Positions 1 to 9,222 of a DNA stretch of 64,000 bases are shown here, piece by piece. The position numbers and the translations under genes are program-made. The notes under the pieces were generated by a model. That model was not told the DNA's origin. It searched no databases and was given only the letters and a program-made list of their open reading frames with translations. The stretch's first letter is position 1. Each line of letters starts with the position of its first letter. Source of the stretch: Terriglobia bacterium (GTDB taxonomy: Bacteria > Acidobacteriota > Terriglobia > JAJPHL01 > JAPKYU01); the NCBI GenBank assembly GCA_965223005.1, contig CBDCVK010000002.1, positions 96,001 to 160,000 of the forward strand, read 5' to 3'.

Positions 1-202
1 TCCCATGGCCATGGCCCGATTGTAAGTAAGAACATTTCCGAAGTAACATGTTTCTTCCCCATCTGGCGATTTTAGACACGGGCTGCTAGGCTAATGAAGG
101 GTGTGGCGATCTGAACTTGACCCAATAGGACACCTGGATGTACACTTGCGAGTAAGGGGAGGAGTTCAAATCGAAGTTTCAGCCGGAGCTGAGGAGATGT
201 TG

Positions 203-2773
203 GTGAACACAATGTTGGGCGGACAGAAAAGACGATGGGCGGTCCTGTTGGTTGGGGCCGTTCTGGGCCTGTCGAGCGCTTCCCAGGCCGGGCCTGCCCC
301 TCCCAAACTGCGGTCCTTGCGATTGATACCGCAGGATCGAACACTGTGGGGAGCGAAGGCATCCCAGCATTTCCTGGTCATTGGGAAATACAGCGATGGT
401 CTGGAGCGAGACGTTACCGCCGAGAGCCGGTTCTCGATTTCTGATTCCAAGGTGGCGAAGGTGGATGCCGAGGGGCGAGTGGTGGCGCTGGCCGACGGAG
501 CGGCGGTCTTGACGGCGTCGTTGGAAGGCCGGTCGGTCAAGACCGACGTTCGGGTAGCGGGCTCGCAGGAGATCCGCCCGTTCAGCTTCGCCCGTGATAT
601 TGGCGGAATCCTTACCAAGCGCGGCTGCAACGACAGCTCCTGCCACGGGGGTGTGAAGGGAAAGGGCGGATTCAAACTGTCTCTGAACGCGCTCTACGCG
701 CGCGATGACTACCAGTGGATTGTGGAAGGGGGGACGTTCCAGGTCCTGACCACGGAGGCGGGTGAAAAAGTCCCGCGGGTCAACCTGAAGGAGCCTGAGA
801 AGAGCCTGCTGTTGATGAAAGCGACGATGGGTGTTTCGCACGGAGGCGGGCAGCCATTGCGTCCGAACTCGGCTGATTATGAAACGATCCTGAACTGGGT
901 GCGGAACGGTGCGCCGTTCGGTGAGGAAGGCGACAAGGAGGGCGTGCGGGTGGTACGGGTCGGGCTAGAGCCGCTTGAATTAGTGCTGGCTCCGGAGGGC
1001 AAGCACCGGCTGCTGGTGACCGCTCACCTCTCGAATGGCCAACAAGAGGACATCAGCGACCAGGTTCTGTACGCCTCGAACAACTCCGAGGTGGTGAAGG
1101 TGGATCAGCAAGGCCAGGTGGCTGCGGTGCGGACGGGGGAAACTTCCGTGATGGTTCGAGCGGCAGGGTTTGCGACGAGCACCAGCGTCGGCGTGATTGG
1201 CAAACCGATCGCGCGGTATCCGAAAGTGCCGCACAACAACTTCATCGACGACTACGTATTCGCCAAGCTGAAGAAGTTCAACATTATCCCTTCCAAGCTT
1301 TCCAGTGATACGGAGTTCCTGCGTCGCGTCTGCCTGGACCTGACCGGGGTCTTGCCGCCGCCGGAGCGTGTGCGCGAGTTTGCGGCCAGCAGAGATCGGC
1401 GAAAACGGCAGAAGGTAGTGGAAGTTCTGCTGAACACGCCGGAATTCGTGGACTTCTGGACCTACCGCTTTGCCGACGTGTTCCGCGTGGCCCGATACGC
1501 GAACCAGATTAACCCGCGATCGGCACAGGCGTATTTTGAATGGATTCGCGAGAGCATCGCCGCGAACAAACCCTATGACCAGATCGCCCGCGAGCGAATT
1601 GCCGCGCAAGGTGCTGGCGCTGCCGCCGCCCATTACTTTCCTGCGGGAGAAGAGCGGAACCCAGAGCAGAAGATGGGCGAGCAGGTGCGCGTCTTCCTGG
1701 GCCGGAGATTCGATTGCGCGCAGTGCCACAATCACCCCTTCGAGACCTGGAGCCAGGACCAGTTTTGGGGCCTGACTGCGTTCTTCGGCCGGATGAGTGG
1801 GGTAAAGTTTGGTCCACAGGATAGCAATCTGCACGGTTCGGTGCTCTTCGACGATCCGGCCGGCCAGGAAGTCGACTATGGCCAGACGGGAAGGAACAGG
1901 TTTGTGACGCATCCGCGGACCAAGGCGGTGGTTCAGCCGACTTTCCTCGACGGCCAACAGCTGCCGGAGTCAGAGCGGGCGGACCTGCGCTGGAAACTGG
2001 CCGAGTGGATGACCTCGCATCCTTACTTTGCCGAAGCCTCCGTCAACCGCGTGTGGGGATATTTCTTCGGGAGGGGGATCGTCGATGCGGTGGATGATTT
2101 TCGGTCCACGAATCCGCCAACCCACCCGGATCTTCTGGAAGCGCTCGCCAAGGACTTCCGAGAGGGCGGTCACGATCTCAAGCGTCTGATGCGAACCATC
2201 GTCAACTCCCGGACCTATCAGCTCTCCAGGCTGCCGAACGAGACGAACGCTGATGACCGCATCAACTACTCACGCTTCATCCCCAGGCAGCTTGACGCCG
2301 AAGTGTTGCTCGATGCCATCTCCTCGGCCACCGGGGTTCTCGAGCCGTTGCGTCACGGCTCGAAGCAGCATCTGCCGGGCACCCTGCCTCCAGGGTCTCG
2401 TCCGATCCATATGGTTGAGCCTGATGTTTATCCCATACGGTTCCTCGAAGTGTATGGGCTCCCGAGCCGGATGGCAGTTCCGGAACGGAAAAACAAAAGC
2501 AACCTGCAGCAAGCCCTGCATATGCTGGCCGGAAACACCTACACCGAGAAGCTTGCGAAAGAGGGCGGGCGCATGGACCGCCTGTTGAAGAGTGGATCCT
2601 CCGACGCGAAGATCATCGAGGAGCTTTACCTTGCTGCCTTGTCGCGCTTTCCTTCGGATGCCGAACAGAAGGATGTGCAGCAGTGGATCAGCACCAGAGC
2701 TTCGCGGCCGGAGGCCATCCGAAACATCGTCTGGGCCGTGATCAGCTCCAGGGAGTTTGTCACCAACCACTGA
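203..2773 (+). CDS. DUF1549/DUF1553 (PSCyt2/PSD1) protein with two Ig-like (Big_2-type) domains and heme-c motifs
   Basis: Signal peptide; CNDSSCHGG and CAQCHNH; FLRRVCLDLTG, NRVWGYFFGRGIV and NPPTHPDLL PSD1 signatures; GAGGAG RBS at 191-196 before GTG 203 (start uncertain, 197-212). Confidence 0.88.
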   Translation: MNTMLGGQKRRWAVLLVGAVLGLSSASQAGPAPPKLRSLRLIPQDRTLWGAKASQHFLVIGKYSDGLERDVTAESRFSISDSKVAKVDAEGRVVALADGAAVLTASLEGRSVKTDVRVAGSQEIRPFSFARDIGGILTKRGCNDSSCHGGVKGKGGFKLSLNALYARDDYQWIVEGGTFQVLTTEAGEKVPRVNLKEPEKSLLLMKATMGVSHGGGQPLRPNSADYETILNWVRNGAPFGEEGDKEGVRVVRVGLEPLELVLAPEGKHRLLVTAHLSNGQQEDISDQVLYASNNSEVVKVDQQGQVAAVRTGETSVMVRAAGFATSTSVGVIGKPIARYPKVPHNNFIDDYVFAKLKKFNIIPSKLSSDTEFLRRVCLDLTGVLPPPERVREFAASRDRRKRQKVVEVLLNTPEFVDFWTYRFADVFRVARYANQINPRSAQAYFEWIRESIAANKPYDQIARERIAAQGAGAAAAHYFPAGEERNPEQKMGEQVRVFLGRRFDCAQCHNHPFETWSQDQFWGLTAFFGRMSGVKFGPQDSNLHGSVLFDDPAGQEVDYGQTGRNRFVTHPRTKAVVQPTFLDGQQLPESERADLRWKLAEWMTSHPYFAEASVNRVWGYFFGRGIVDAVDDFRSTNPPTHPDLLEALAKDFREGGHDLKRLMRTIVNSRTYQLSRLPNETNADDRINYSRFIPRQLDAEVLLDAISSATGVLEPLRHGSKQHLPGTLPPGSRPIHMVEPDVYPIRFLEVYGLPSRMAVPERKNKSNLQQALHMLAGNTYTEKLAKEGGRMDRLLKSGSSDAKIIEELYLAALSRFPSDAEQKDVQQWISTRASRPEAIRNIVWAVISSREFVTNH

Positions 2774-2792
2774 GTAGATTCAGGAGAACGCC

Positions 2793-4103
2793 ATGAGCAA
2801 TACAGACTGGATGGGACATGCGAAACCGGGCATCGGACGCCGGGATTTTCTGCGCGTCGGCTCGCTGAGCTTTCTGGGGATCAGTCTGCGCAACTACCTG
2901 ATGGCCGCGGAAAACCTGGCGCCCAACGGTAAGGCCCAGGCCTGTATCCTGCTGTGGTTGGAGGGTGGTCCCAGCCAGGTCGACACCTGGGATCCCAAGC
3001 CGAACAGCTCGTTCAAGCCGATCTCCACCAATGTGCCGGGCATCCAGATTTCGGAGTTGTTGCCGAAAGTTTCGCGTCACATGGATAAGCTGGCGATTGT
3101 TCGCTCGCTGCATACGGAGGAGAACAATCATCCCCAGGCGACCCACTACGTGATCACCGGGCACCGACCCATCCCCGCCTTGCAGTTCCCCTCGGTGGGC
3201 TCGATCATTGCCCGGGAAATGGCCAAACGTAATCAGATCCCTCCCTACGTGATTACTGACCGCTTAGAGCAGGAATGGTTCTTCAAGGCCTTCTATCTCG
3301 GTGCGGAGTACGAACCGATGGTGGTTCCCAATCCGAGCCGTCCCGATTTCGCGGTGCCCGATCTGAGCCTGCCCAAATCGGTTTCGGAGAAGGTGATTGA
3401 GGACCGGCTTTCGACTCTCAAGGTCGTGGACCGGCTGTATCGCGAGAAGGTCCAGCAAGCGGAGTTCGCCAAGATGGACCGCTTCACCGAGGCGGCCTGG
3501 AAGATGATCCTTTCTCCCAAGGTGAAAGACGCCTTTGACATGTCCAAAGAGCCGGAGAAGCTCAAGGACGCCTACGGCCGCAATGGGTTCGGACAGGGCG
3601 CGCTGTTGGCGCGACGGCTGGTCGAGGCCGGCGCCCGTTTCGTGACTGCGGCCGGGTACAAGAACAATCAGTGGGACACGCACGGCGACAACGACAAACG
3701 CCACCGCGACACCCTCACGCCCCCCTTGGATCAGGCCCTTTCGGCTCTGCTGGAAGACCTCGATCAGCGCGGCTTGCTGGAATCGACCGTCGTCATTGCG
3801 ATGGGCGAATTTGGCCGCACGCCCCACATCAACCCCGAGCACGGCCGGGACCATTGGCCGGAATGCTGGTCTGTGGTGCTGGGAGGTGGCGGAATTCGGG
3901 GTGGGCAGATCATCGGAGCCAGCGACGAACGAGGCGCGTACGTGGCCGATCGCATGGTCACCATGGGCGACATTTACGCGACGATCTACAAGGCCTTCGG
4001 AATTGACTGGGAGAAAACCTACATGACGCCCATTGGGCGTCCGGTCAAGATCGCCAACTCCATTGATGACAAGACCGGCGTGCCGATCAAGGAACTGGTC
4101 TGA
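2793..4103 (+). CDS. DUF1501 family protein, Tat-exported
   Basis: RRDFL twin-arginine motif; GGPSQVD, WDTH, GEFGRTP, GRDHW; follows PSD1 gene with AGGAG RBS. Confidence 0.92.
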   Translation: MSNTDWMGHAKPGIGRRDFLRVGSLSFLGISLRNYLMAAENLAPNGKAQACILLWLEGGPSQVDTWDPKPNSSFKPISTNVPGIQISELLPKVSRHMDKLAIVRSLHTEENNHPQATHYVITGHRPIPALQFPSVGSIIAREMAKRNQIPPYVITDRLEQEWFFKAFYLGAEYEPMVVPNPSRPDFAVPDLSLPKSVSEKVIEDRLSTLKVVDRLYREKVQQAEFAKMDRFTEAAWKMILSPKVKDAFDMSKEPEKLKDAYGRNGFGQGALLARRLVEAGARFVTAAGYKNNQWDTHGDNDKRHRDTLTPPLDQALSALLEDLDQRGLLESTVVIAMGEFGRTPHINPEHGRDHWPECWSVVLGGGGIRGGQIIGASDERGAYVADRMVTMGDIYATIYKAFGIDWEKTYMTPIGRPVKIANSIDDKTGVPIKELV

Positions 4104-4109
4104 GGCCAA

Positions 4110-4310
4110 TGTCTGGCTGGTAGTTAGACACAGGGACCTGCCACGACGAGTCTGAGTCTGCCAGAGGGCCAAACTCACCCGGATCATTGAGACGCAAATT
4201 CTCCGGACAGAGAAGTGTGTGTCTCACGGCCAACCTGAGGGAGAGTGTCGTGTGACGGCTTGTGAGTTGGCTCCCCAGTTCCCCAATCGGGAACTGGCCA
4301 TAGCCAGACA
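4110..4310 (+). ncRNA. Candidate structured RNA; degenerate c-di-GMP-I (GEMM) riboswitch-like core
   Basis: GGGCCAAAC-TCA...TGA-GACGCAAA-TTCTCCGG at 4166-4206; three 9-bp stems (4110-18/4302-10, 4188-96/4218-26, 4275-83/4289-97); canonical GNRA loop absent. Confidence 0.3.
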
Positions 4311-4429
4311 GCATTGCGTAGCCCACGGTGGCCGAGTTTTTGGAACTGAAAGAACGAAATCCGCGTCTGAATAGAGTGGAAACTACTAAATTATTCTTCC
4401 CATTACGGGAAACCCGGCGAGCGACGGCA

Positions 4430-4708
4430 ATGAACCTAGATACTGCTGGCGAATTCAGGTCGGCATTGGCTAGACTGAAAGTTCAAGTGAGCCGACCGGC
4501 ACTGCGCCGGAGCAGAACGCCGAAGCGCTCGGTGCTGTTACAACAAATCGAAGGTGCCCTGGAGCGGATCAACCAGGGTACGTATGGTATCTGCCACGGC
4601 TGCTTTCTGGTGATTCCCAGGAGCGAGCTATTGAAGCGTCCTTACGCAGATTACTGTGCCCGCTGCCAGTCCCGGCGGGTGCAGTCTGTGCCGCGCGGTC
4701 GCCGATAG
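4430..4708 (+). CDS. TraR/DksA-type C4 zinc-finger protein
   Basis: IEGALERINQGTYGICHGC...IP...RPYADYCARCQ. Confidence 0.82.
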   Translation: MNLDTAGEFRSALARLKVQVSRPALRRSRTPKRSVLLQQIEGALERINQGTYGICHGCFLVIPRSELLKRPYADYCARCQSRRVQSVPRGRR

Positions 4709-4710
4709 TC

Positions 4711-4941
4711 ATGAACTGGGCTCCCGTACGCATAGTGGCTGGACTGGTTCTGGTTGCCCTGGGACTGGTGGGTGCGTTACTGCCAGTCGTGCAGGGTTGG
4801 GTGTTCCTGGTCCCTGGCCTGGCTCTGCTGAGCCGGCATTTCCGTTGGGCGCGCCGGCTGCGCGCGGCGGCGCGAAATGCCCGCGCCGGATGGAGACGGC
4901 GCAAGCTTCGCCGTCGACTGCCCGCTAACCCTTCTCCTTGA
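4711..4941 (+). CDS. Small membrane protein (PGPGW/DUF454-like)
   Basis: Hydrophobic hairpin [24 protein letters not shown] then HFRWARR and a basic tail; starts 2 nt after upstream stop. Confidence 0.7.
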   Translation: MNWAPVRIVAGLVLVALGLVGALLPVVQGWVFLVPGLALLSRHFRWARRLRAAARNARAGWRRRKLRRRLPANPSP

Positions 4942-5051
4942 AACCCCCACTCTGCCCCCCTTTACTTTGTCTTGGCATACTGGGCCCGCAGCTCGATGCC
5001 GAAACGAACACTGTAGCTGTCCAAGAGTCCGCATGGGGTATAATTGCCGTG

Positions 5052-5426
5052 ATGAACACTGGCATCGTGCCCGAGCACAGGCTATTCGCCCCCCATTCGG
5101 GTCTGAGCAAGAAGATTAACCACAGCATCATCCAGTCGGAAATTGAGGGCGGTGTCTACTTGAACGCTGTACCAGAAGGAGCAACTCTGGAATTGCAGAC
5201 TCAGAATCGCCGGTACCGCATCTTGAATCAGGGGCAAGGCCAGGTGCTGATCTCCGGCCATCCCGAGTTTTGCCCCTCCCCACGTCCGGCCTCCATCCAC
5301 GGTTCCACCTGGGGGGGCTCCATGATCAAGCTGGGCTTCATCGGCCGGGGGATGCATCTGGAGTTTGCGCCGGCGGACGGCGAATTGGTCACCACCTCCC
5401 GCATCGTAGACCTCTGGGAAGTCTAA
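5052..5426 (+). CDS. Hypothetical protein, probably leaderless
   Basis: Protein-like ORF ([20 protein letters not shown]); TATAAT at 5039-5044 lies 7 nt before ATG. Confidence 0.7.
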   Translation: MNTGIVPEHRLFAPHSGLSKKINHSIIQSEIEGGVYLNAVPEGATLELQTQNRRYRILNQGQGQVLISGHPEFCPSPRPASIHGSTWGGSMIKLGFIGRGMHLEFAPADGELVTTSRIVDLWEV

Positions 5427-5573
5427 TAGTCTCGTTCAATAAACGCCCGGTCCCGCTTCGCGAGTCCCTGGACTGTTGCACCAGCTGATCGGTCAAGATA
5501 AAGCCAGGGTGCTCCGATCTCGTGCGCCGGTCTGTGGGAGCCGACCAGAGATGGAGATGCTAGAATGGATGGA

Positions 5574-5822
5574 ATGACCCCTGACCATCTAAGCTTGGGG
5601 GCACGACGAAGTACCCGCGTTCCCATGCGTGTTCCGGTACGACTGGGAATCAAGGAGGAGAAGGGAACGTTTCGGACGCTTGTTGCCTGGACGCTCGTGC
5701 TGAGTAAGCACGGTGCCAGAATCGAGAGCAAGCAGGCCTTGAATGTGAATCAGGAAGTCATCGTCACCGTGCTGCTCGGCGCAGCTACCTTTCGAGCGGC
5801 ACCCTGGCACGAAAAACGTTGA
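5574..5822 (+). pseudogene. C-terminally truncated PilZ-like protein, paralog of 39804-40175
   Basis: RRSTR (RxxxR); aligns with the paralog up to NQEVIVTVL, then diverges and stops. Confidence 0.6.
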
Positions 5823-5934
5823 CCGCAGCTTGGCTTCCGGTTTAGGGTAGGGTGGCTTTTTTAGGCCGCTTTTAGGTCAAAAGCGCCTTACTGCGCGTGG
5901 TTTGGCCGAAAGAACGCAAAGGAGAGGATTGCAA

Positions 5935-7194
5935 ATGCCGGGACCTGGAATGGAGTTCATCGGGGAAGAGGAAGTCCAGGAAGTGTTGGAGGTGATGAGA
6001 GGAGGGTACCTCTTTCGGTATGGGATCTCATTGGGCGCGCAAGTGGACCCCAGATTTCAGGGGAAGGTTTATCAATGCGAGCAGGAGATAGCGAAATACT
6101 CCAAGGTTCGCTATGCGGTAGCGGTCAATTCCGGAACGTCAGCTCTGCTGACGGCCCTGTGTGGGTTGGGGATTGGCCCGGGAGACGAAGTCATTGTGCC
6201 GGGGTTCACGTTCATAGCCAGTATTTCGTCAATCGTCTATGCAGGAGCCATCCCGGTACTGGCTGAAATTGATCGGACCTTCAATCTTGATCCCGGAGAC
6301 GTCAGAGCGAAAATTTCTCCACACACAAAAGCCATTATGGCCGTACATATGATGGGGAACCCGGCACGGCTGGACGAACTCAAGGCGATTGCGGACGAGC
6401 ACGGCCTGGTTCTGATTGAGGACTGCGCCCAGGCCTTTGGCGCTTCCTCGAAGGGCCGCCCTGTCGGGTCCATCGGCAAGGTGGGAACCTGCAGTTTCAA
6501 TGTTTACAAGACCATCACCTCCGGTGAAGGGGGTATGGTCATCACCGATGATGAGGAGCTTTACAAACGATGCTTCGCCTTCCACGATCAGGGCCATTCG
6601 CCCCTGCGCACGGGCGTCGAAATCGGGAAGCGCCCTTTTTTCGGTCTCGATTTTCGCTTCACTGAGCTGCAGGCAGCAGTCCTCTTGGCCCAACTCCGAA
6701 AACTCCCTCATATGGTGAGCCGTTTGCAGGCTAACAAGACGCGATATAAGGAACTGATCAGTGACCTACCTGGCCTCGAGTTCCGGGAGGTTCTCGATCC
6801 AAAAGGCGATTTGGCAACCATGCTGACGGTTATCCTCCCTACGGCGGAAGTCGCCGAGAAAATAGCCAAGGAGCTAAAAACCAAAGTAGCCGCTGAGGCG
6901 GGCTGGCATGTCTATAATAATATGGAGCAACTCATGGAGCTGCGGACGGCTAATGCCGTTCAATATCCGTTCACTTGTTTCCAGTATTACGCTAAAAATG
7001 GAAAGGAAATTCGCTACTGGAAGGGGATGCTGCCGCAAACGGACGCTCTGTTAGCACGGTCGTTGAACATTAGTATTGGCGTGCGCGACCCAGGTCTAAG
7101 TTCCGGGTTTGGTTTGACCGTCACCGATGACTTAGAGACGGTGGAAAAACATGCTTCCACGTTTCGTCGTACCGCAGAAAAGTATTTGAAATAA
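5935..7194 (+). CDS. DegT/DnrJ/EryC1/StrS family PLP aminotransferase
   Basis: VNSGTSAL, IEDCAQ, SFNVYKTITSGEGG (PLP Lys); AGGAGAGG RBS. Confidence 0.93.
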   Translation: MPGPGMEFIGEEEVQEVLEVMRGGYLFRYGISLGAQVDPRFQGKVYQCEQEIAKYSKVRYAVAVNSGTSALLTALCGLGIGPGDEVIVPGFTFIASISSIVYAGAIPVLAEIDRTFNLDPGDVRAKISPHTKAIMAVHMMGNPARLDELKAIADEHGLVLIEDCAQAFGASSKGRPVGSIGKVGTCSFNVYKTITSGEGGMVITDDEELYKRCFAFHDQGHSPLRTGVEIGKRPFFGLDFRFTELQAAVLLAQLRKLPHMVSRLQANKTRYKELISDLPGLEFREVLDPKGDLATMLTVILPTAEVAEKIAKELKTKVAAEAGWHVYNNMEQLMELRTANAVQYPFTCFQYYAKNGKEIRYWKGMLPQTDALLARSLNISIGVRDPGLSSGFGLTVTDDLETVEKHASTFRRTAEKYLK

Positions 7195-7356
7195 GACATC
7201 GGCTGGAAATCTCCACATGCAAGACGACATTTCCCTGACGGGAAGTTTTGTGCGACACGCGTGTTTATGCTGCCGCATCGGCGGGGCGTGGTTTTACCAG
7301 CGGACCGATCCGGCTTGGCAATGGCTGGGCACTGGATTTCGCCAGTAGGAAGAAAA

Positions 7357-8532
7357 ATGGAAGGAAATTCTGTGATTCGCAAGCTTGGTCGGCGCCTGCG
7401 CCTAGGCGTGGTGGGCGGTGGCCCCGGCTCTTTCATCGGTGAGATCCATCGAGTTGCCTCACGGCTCGACAACCGTTACGAGATTGTCGCCTCCGTGCTG
7501 TCGTCGAATCCAGAACGCTCGCGAGCCGCCGGAAGGGACATCGGGTTGCCCGAAGATCGCGCCTACAGCCGCTTTGAGGAAATGATGGACAGCGAGGCCG
7601 GACGGAAGGACGGTATCGAAGTCCTGGCTATTATGACGCCGAACGGGAGTCACTACGCACAATGTAGAGCCGCAATAGACCGCACCGTCGACATTATCTG
7701 CGACAAGCCACTAACCACCAAGGTACAGGACGCAGTTGACCTGGTCCGCCGGGTACACAACAGTGGGCTCGTTTGCTGTGTGACCTACAACTACAGCGCT
7801 TATCCGATGGTGCGGCAGGCGAAAGCCATGGTTCAGGCCGGCGCGCTGGGAGAGATCCGCATCGTGCAAACCGAATACGTCCAGGGACATCTCATAAGAT
7901 GGGTGGAGGACTTGTGGCGCGGTTCATGGCGGATGGACCCCGATGCGATCGGCGCTCCTTATGTAGTAGGCGACATCGCGACTCATGCCCACCACCTGGC
8001 CGAGTTCGTAACAGGGCTGAAGCTGAGCCGGTTGTGCGCCGATCTCGACGCTACCGTGCCGGGACGCAAGTTTTGCGACTATTCTGCTTTCTTGTTGCGC
8101 TACGACAACGGAGCCCACGGCATGATGTGGGCTACTCAGGCGGCCGCCGGTGCTTGCCATGGTCTCATGATCCGCGTTCACGGTGAAAAAGGCGGGCTGG
8201 AATGGTATCAGGAGCACCCCAACCATTTGCGCTTCGCTCCCGTGGGACAACCTGTTCAGGTGCTGGAACGAGACGGCCCCGGTTTGCTGCCGGCAAGTCA
8301 AAGGGTGACGCGGGCCGGATTCGGCCACCCGGAAGGCTATCATGAAACTTTCGCGACCCTTTACACCGATGCCGCCGAAGCGATCGCCGCTCGGCGAACG
8401 GGAACCGAAGCCGATCCGGAGCTCGACTTCCCGACCGTGGAAGACGGCGCAAGAGGTGTGAGGTTTATGGAGGCAGCCCTGCAATCGAGCCAAGCCGGCG
8501 GCACTTGGGTCGACTGTACCCTAAGGCTCTAA
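7357..8532 (+). CDS. Gfo/Idh/MocA family oxidoreductase
   Basis: LRLGVVGGGPGSFIG, CDKP, GDIATH. Confidence 0.9.
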   Translation: MEGNSVIRKLGRRLRLGVVGGGPGSFIGEIHRVASRLDNRYEIVASVLSSNPERSRAAGRDIGLPEDRAYSRFEEMMDSEAGRKDGIEVLAIMTPNGSHYAQCRAAIDRTVDIICDKPLTTKVQDAVDLVRRVHNSGLVCCVTYNYSAYPMVRQAKAMVQAGALGEIRIVQTEYVQGHLIRWVEDLWRGSWRMDPDAIGAPYVVGDIATHAHHLAEFVTGLKLSRLCADLDATVPGRKFCDYSAFLLRYDNGAHGMMWATQAAAGACHGLMIRVHGEKGGLEWYQEHPNHLRFAPVGQPVQVLERDGPGLLPASQRVTRAGFGHPEGYHETFATLYTDAAEAIAARRTGTEADPELDFPTVEDGARGVRFMEAALQSSQAGGTWVDCTLRL

Positions 8533-8569
8533 GGCCTAGAATTATCCCAGCAATCTCGAGGACACGCCG

Positions 8570-9145
8570 ATGAGCCCCGCGACCCATTTCCTTGTGGGAT
8601 GGATGGTTGCCAACACTGGCGGTTTGAACCGCCGTGAACGCACGGCGGTAAGCGTCGCCGGCGTGATTCCCGACATCGATGGTTTAGGCGCCATCCCTGA
8701 AGTCCTCACGCAGAATAGCTCGCATCCTCTTAATTGGTTCTCCGACTATCACCATACATTTCACAACTTGACTTTTGCTGTCGTGGTGGCGTCGATCAGC
8801 TTCGCCCTGGCCACGCGTCGGTGGAAAATTGCGGCGCTGGCCTTTTTGAGTTTCCACCTGCACCTGCTGGGTGATCTCCTCGGTGCCCGCGGCCCAGACG
8901 GTTACCAGTGGCCGATTCCTTACCTTTTGCCTTTCTCGCGCGCTTGGGAATGGACCTGGGAAGGCCAATGGGCGCTGAATGCCTGGCCGAATTTTCTTAT
9001 TACCTTCGTGCTGCTTTTGGCGACGTTCTACTTAGCTTGGCAGCAAGGCTTTTCGCCCCTCGAAATGCTTTCTTCCTCGGCCGATAACGCTTTTGTGAGA
9101 ACCCTTCGCGCTCGCTTTGCACACCGCGCGACGGATCAGCAATAA
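8570..9145 (+). CDS. Membrane metal-dependent hydrolase (YdjM-like)
   Basis: SPATH, PDIDG, HHTFHN, HLHLLGD motifs between TM segments. Confidence 0.85.
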   Translation: MSPATHFLVGWMVANTGGLNRRERTAVSVAGVIPDIDGLGAIPEVLTQNSSHPLNWFSDYHHTFHNLTFAVVVASISFALATRRWKIAALAFLSFHLHLLGDLLGARGPDGYQWPIPYLLPFSRAWEWTWEGQWALNAWPNFLITFVLLLATFYLAWQQGFSPLEMLSSSADNAFVRTLRARFAHRATDQQ

Positions 9146-9222
9146 ATACTGCAATAGCCTGTTCCAGAATCGGTTTGGTTATAGTTCGTGCCAGCAAGGG
9201 GGTGGCTGGCGTAGAATATTGA

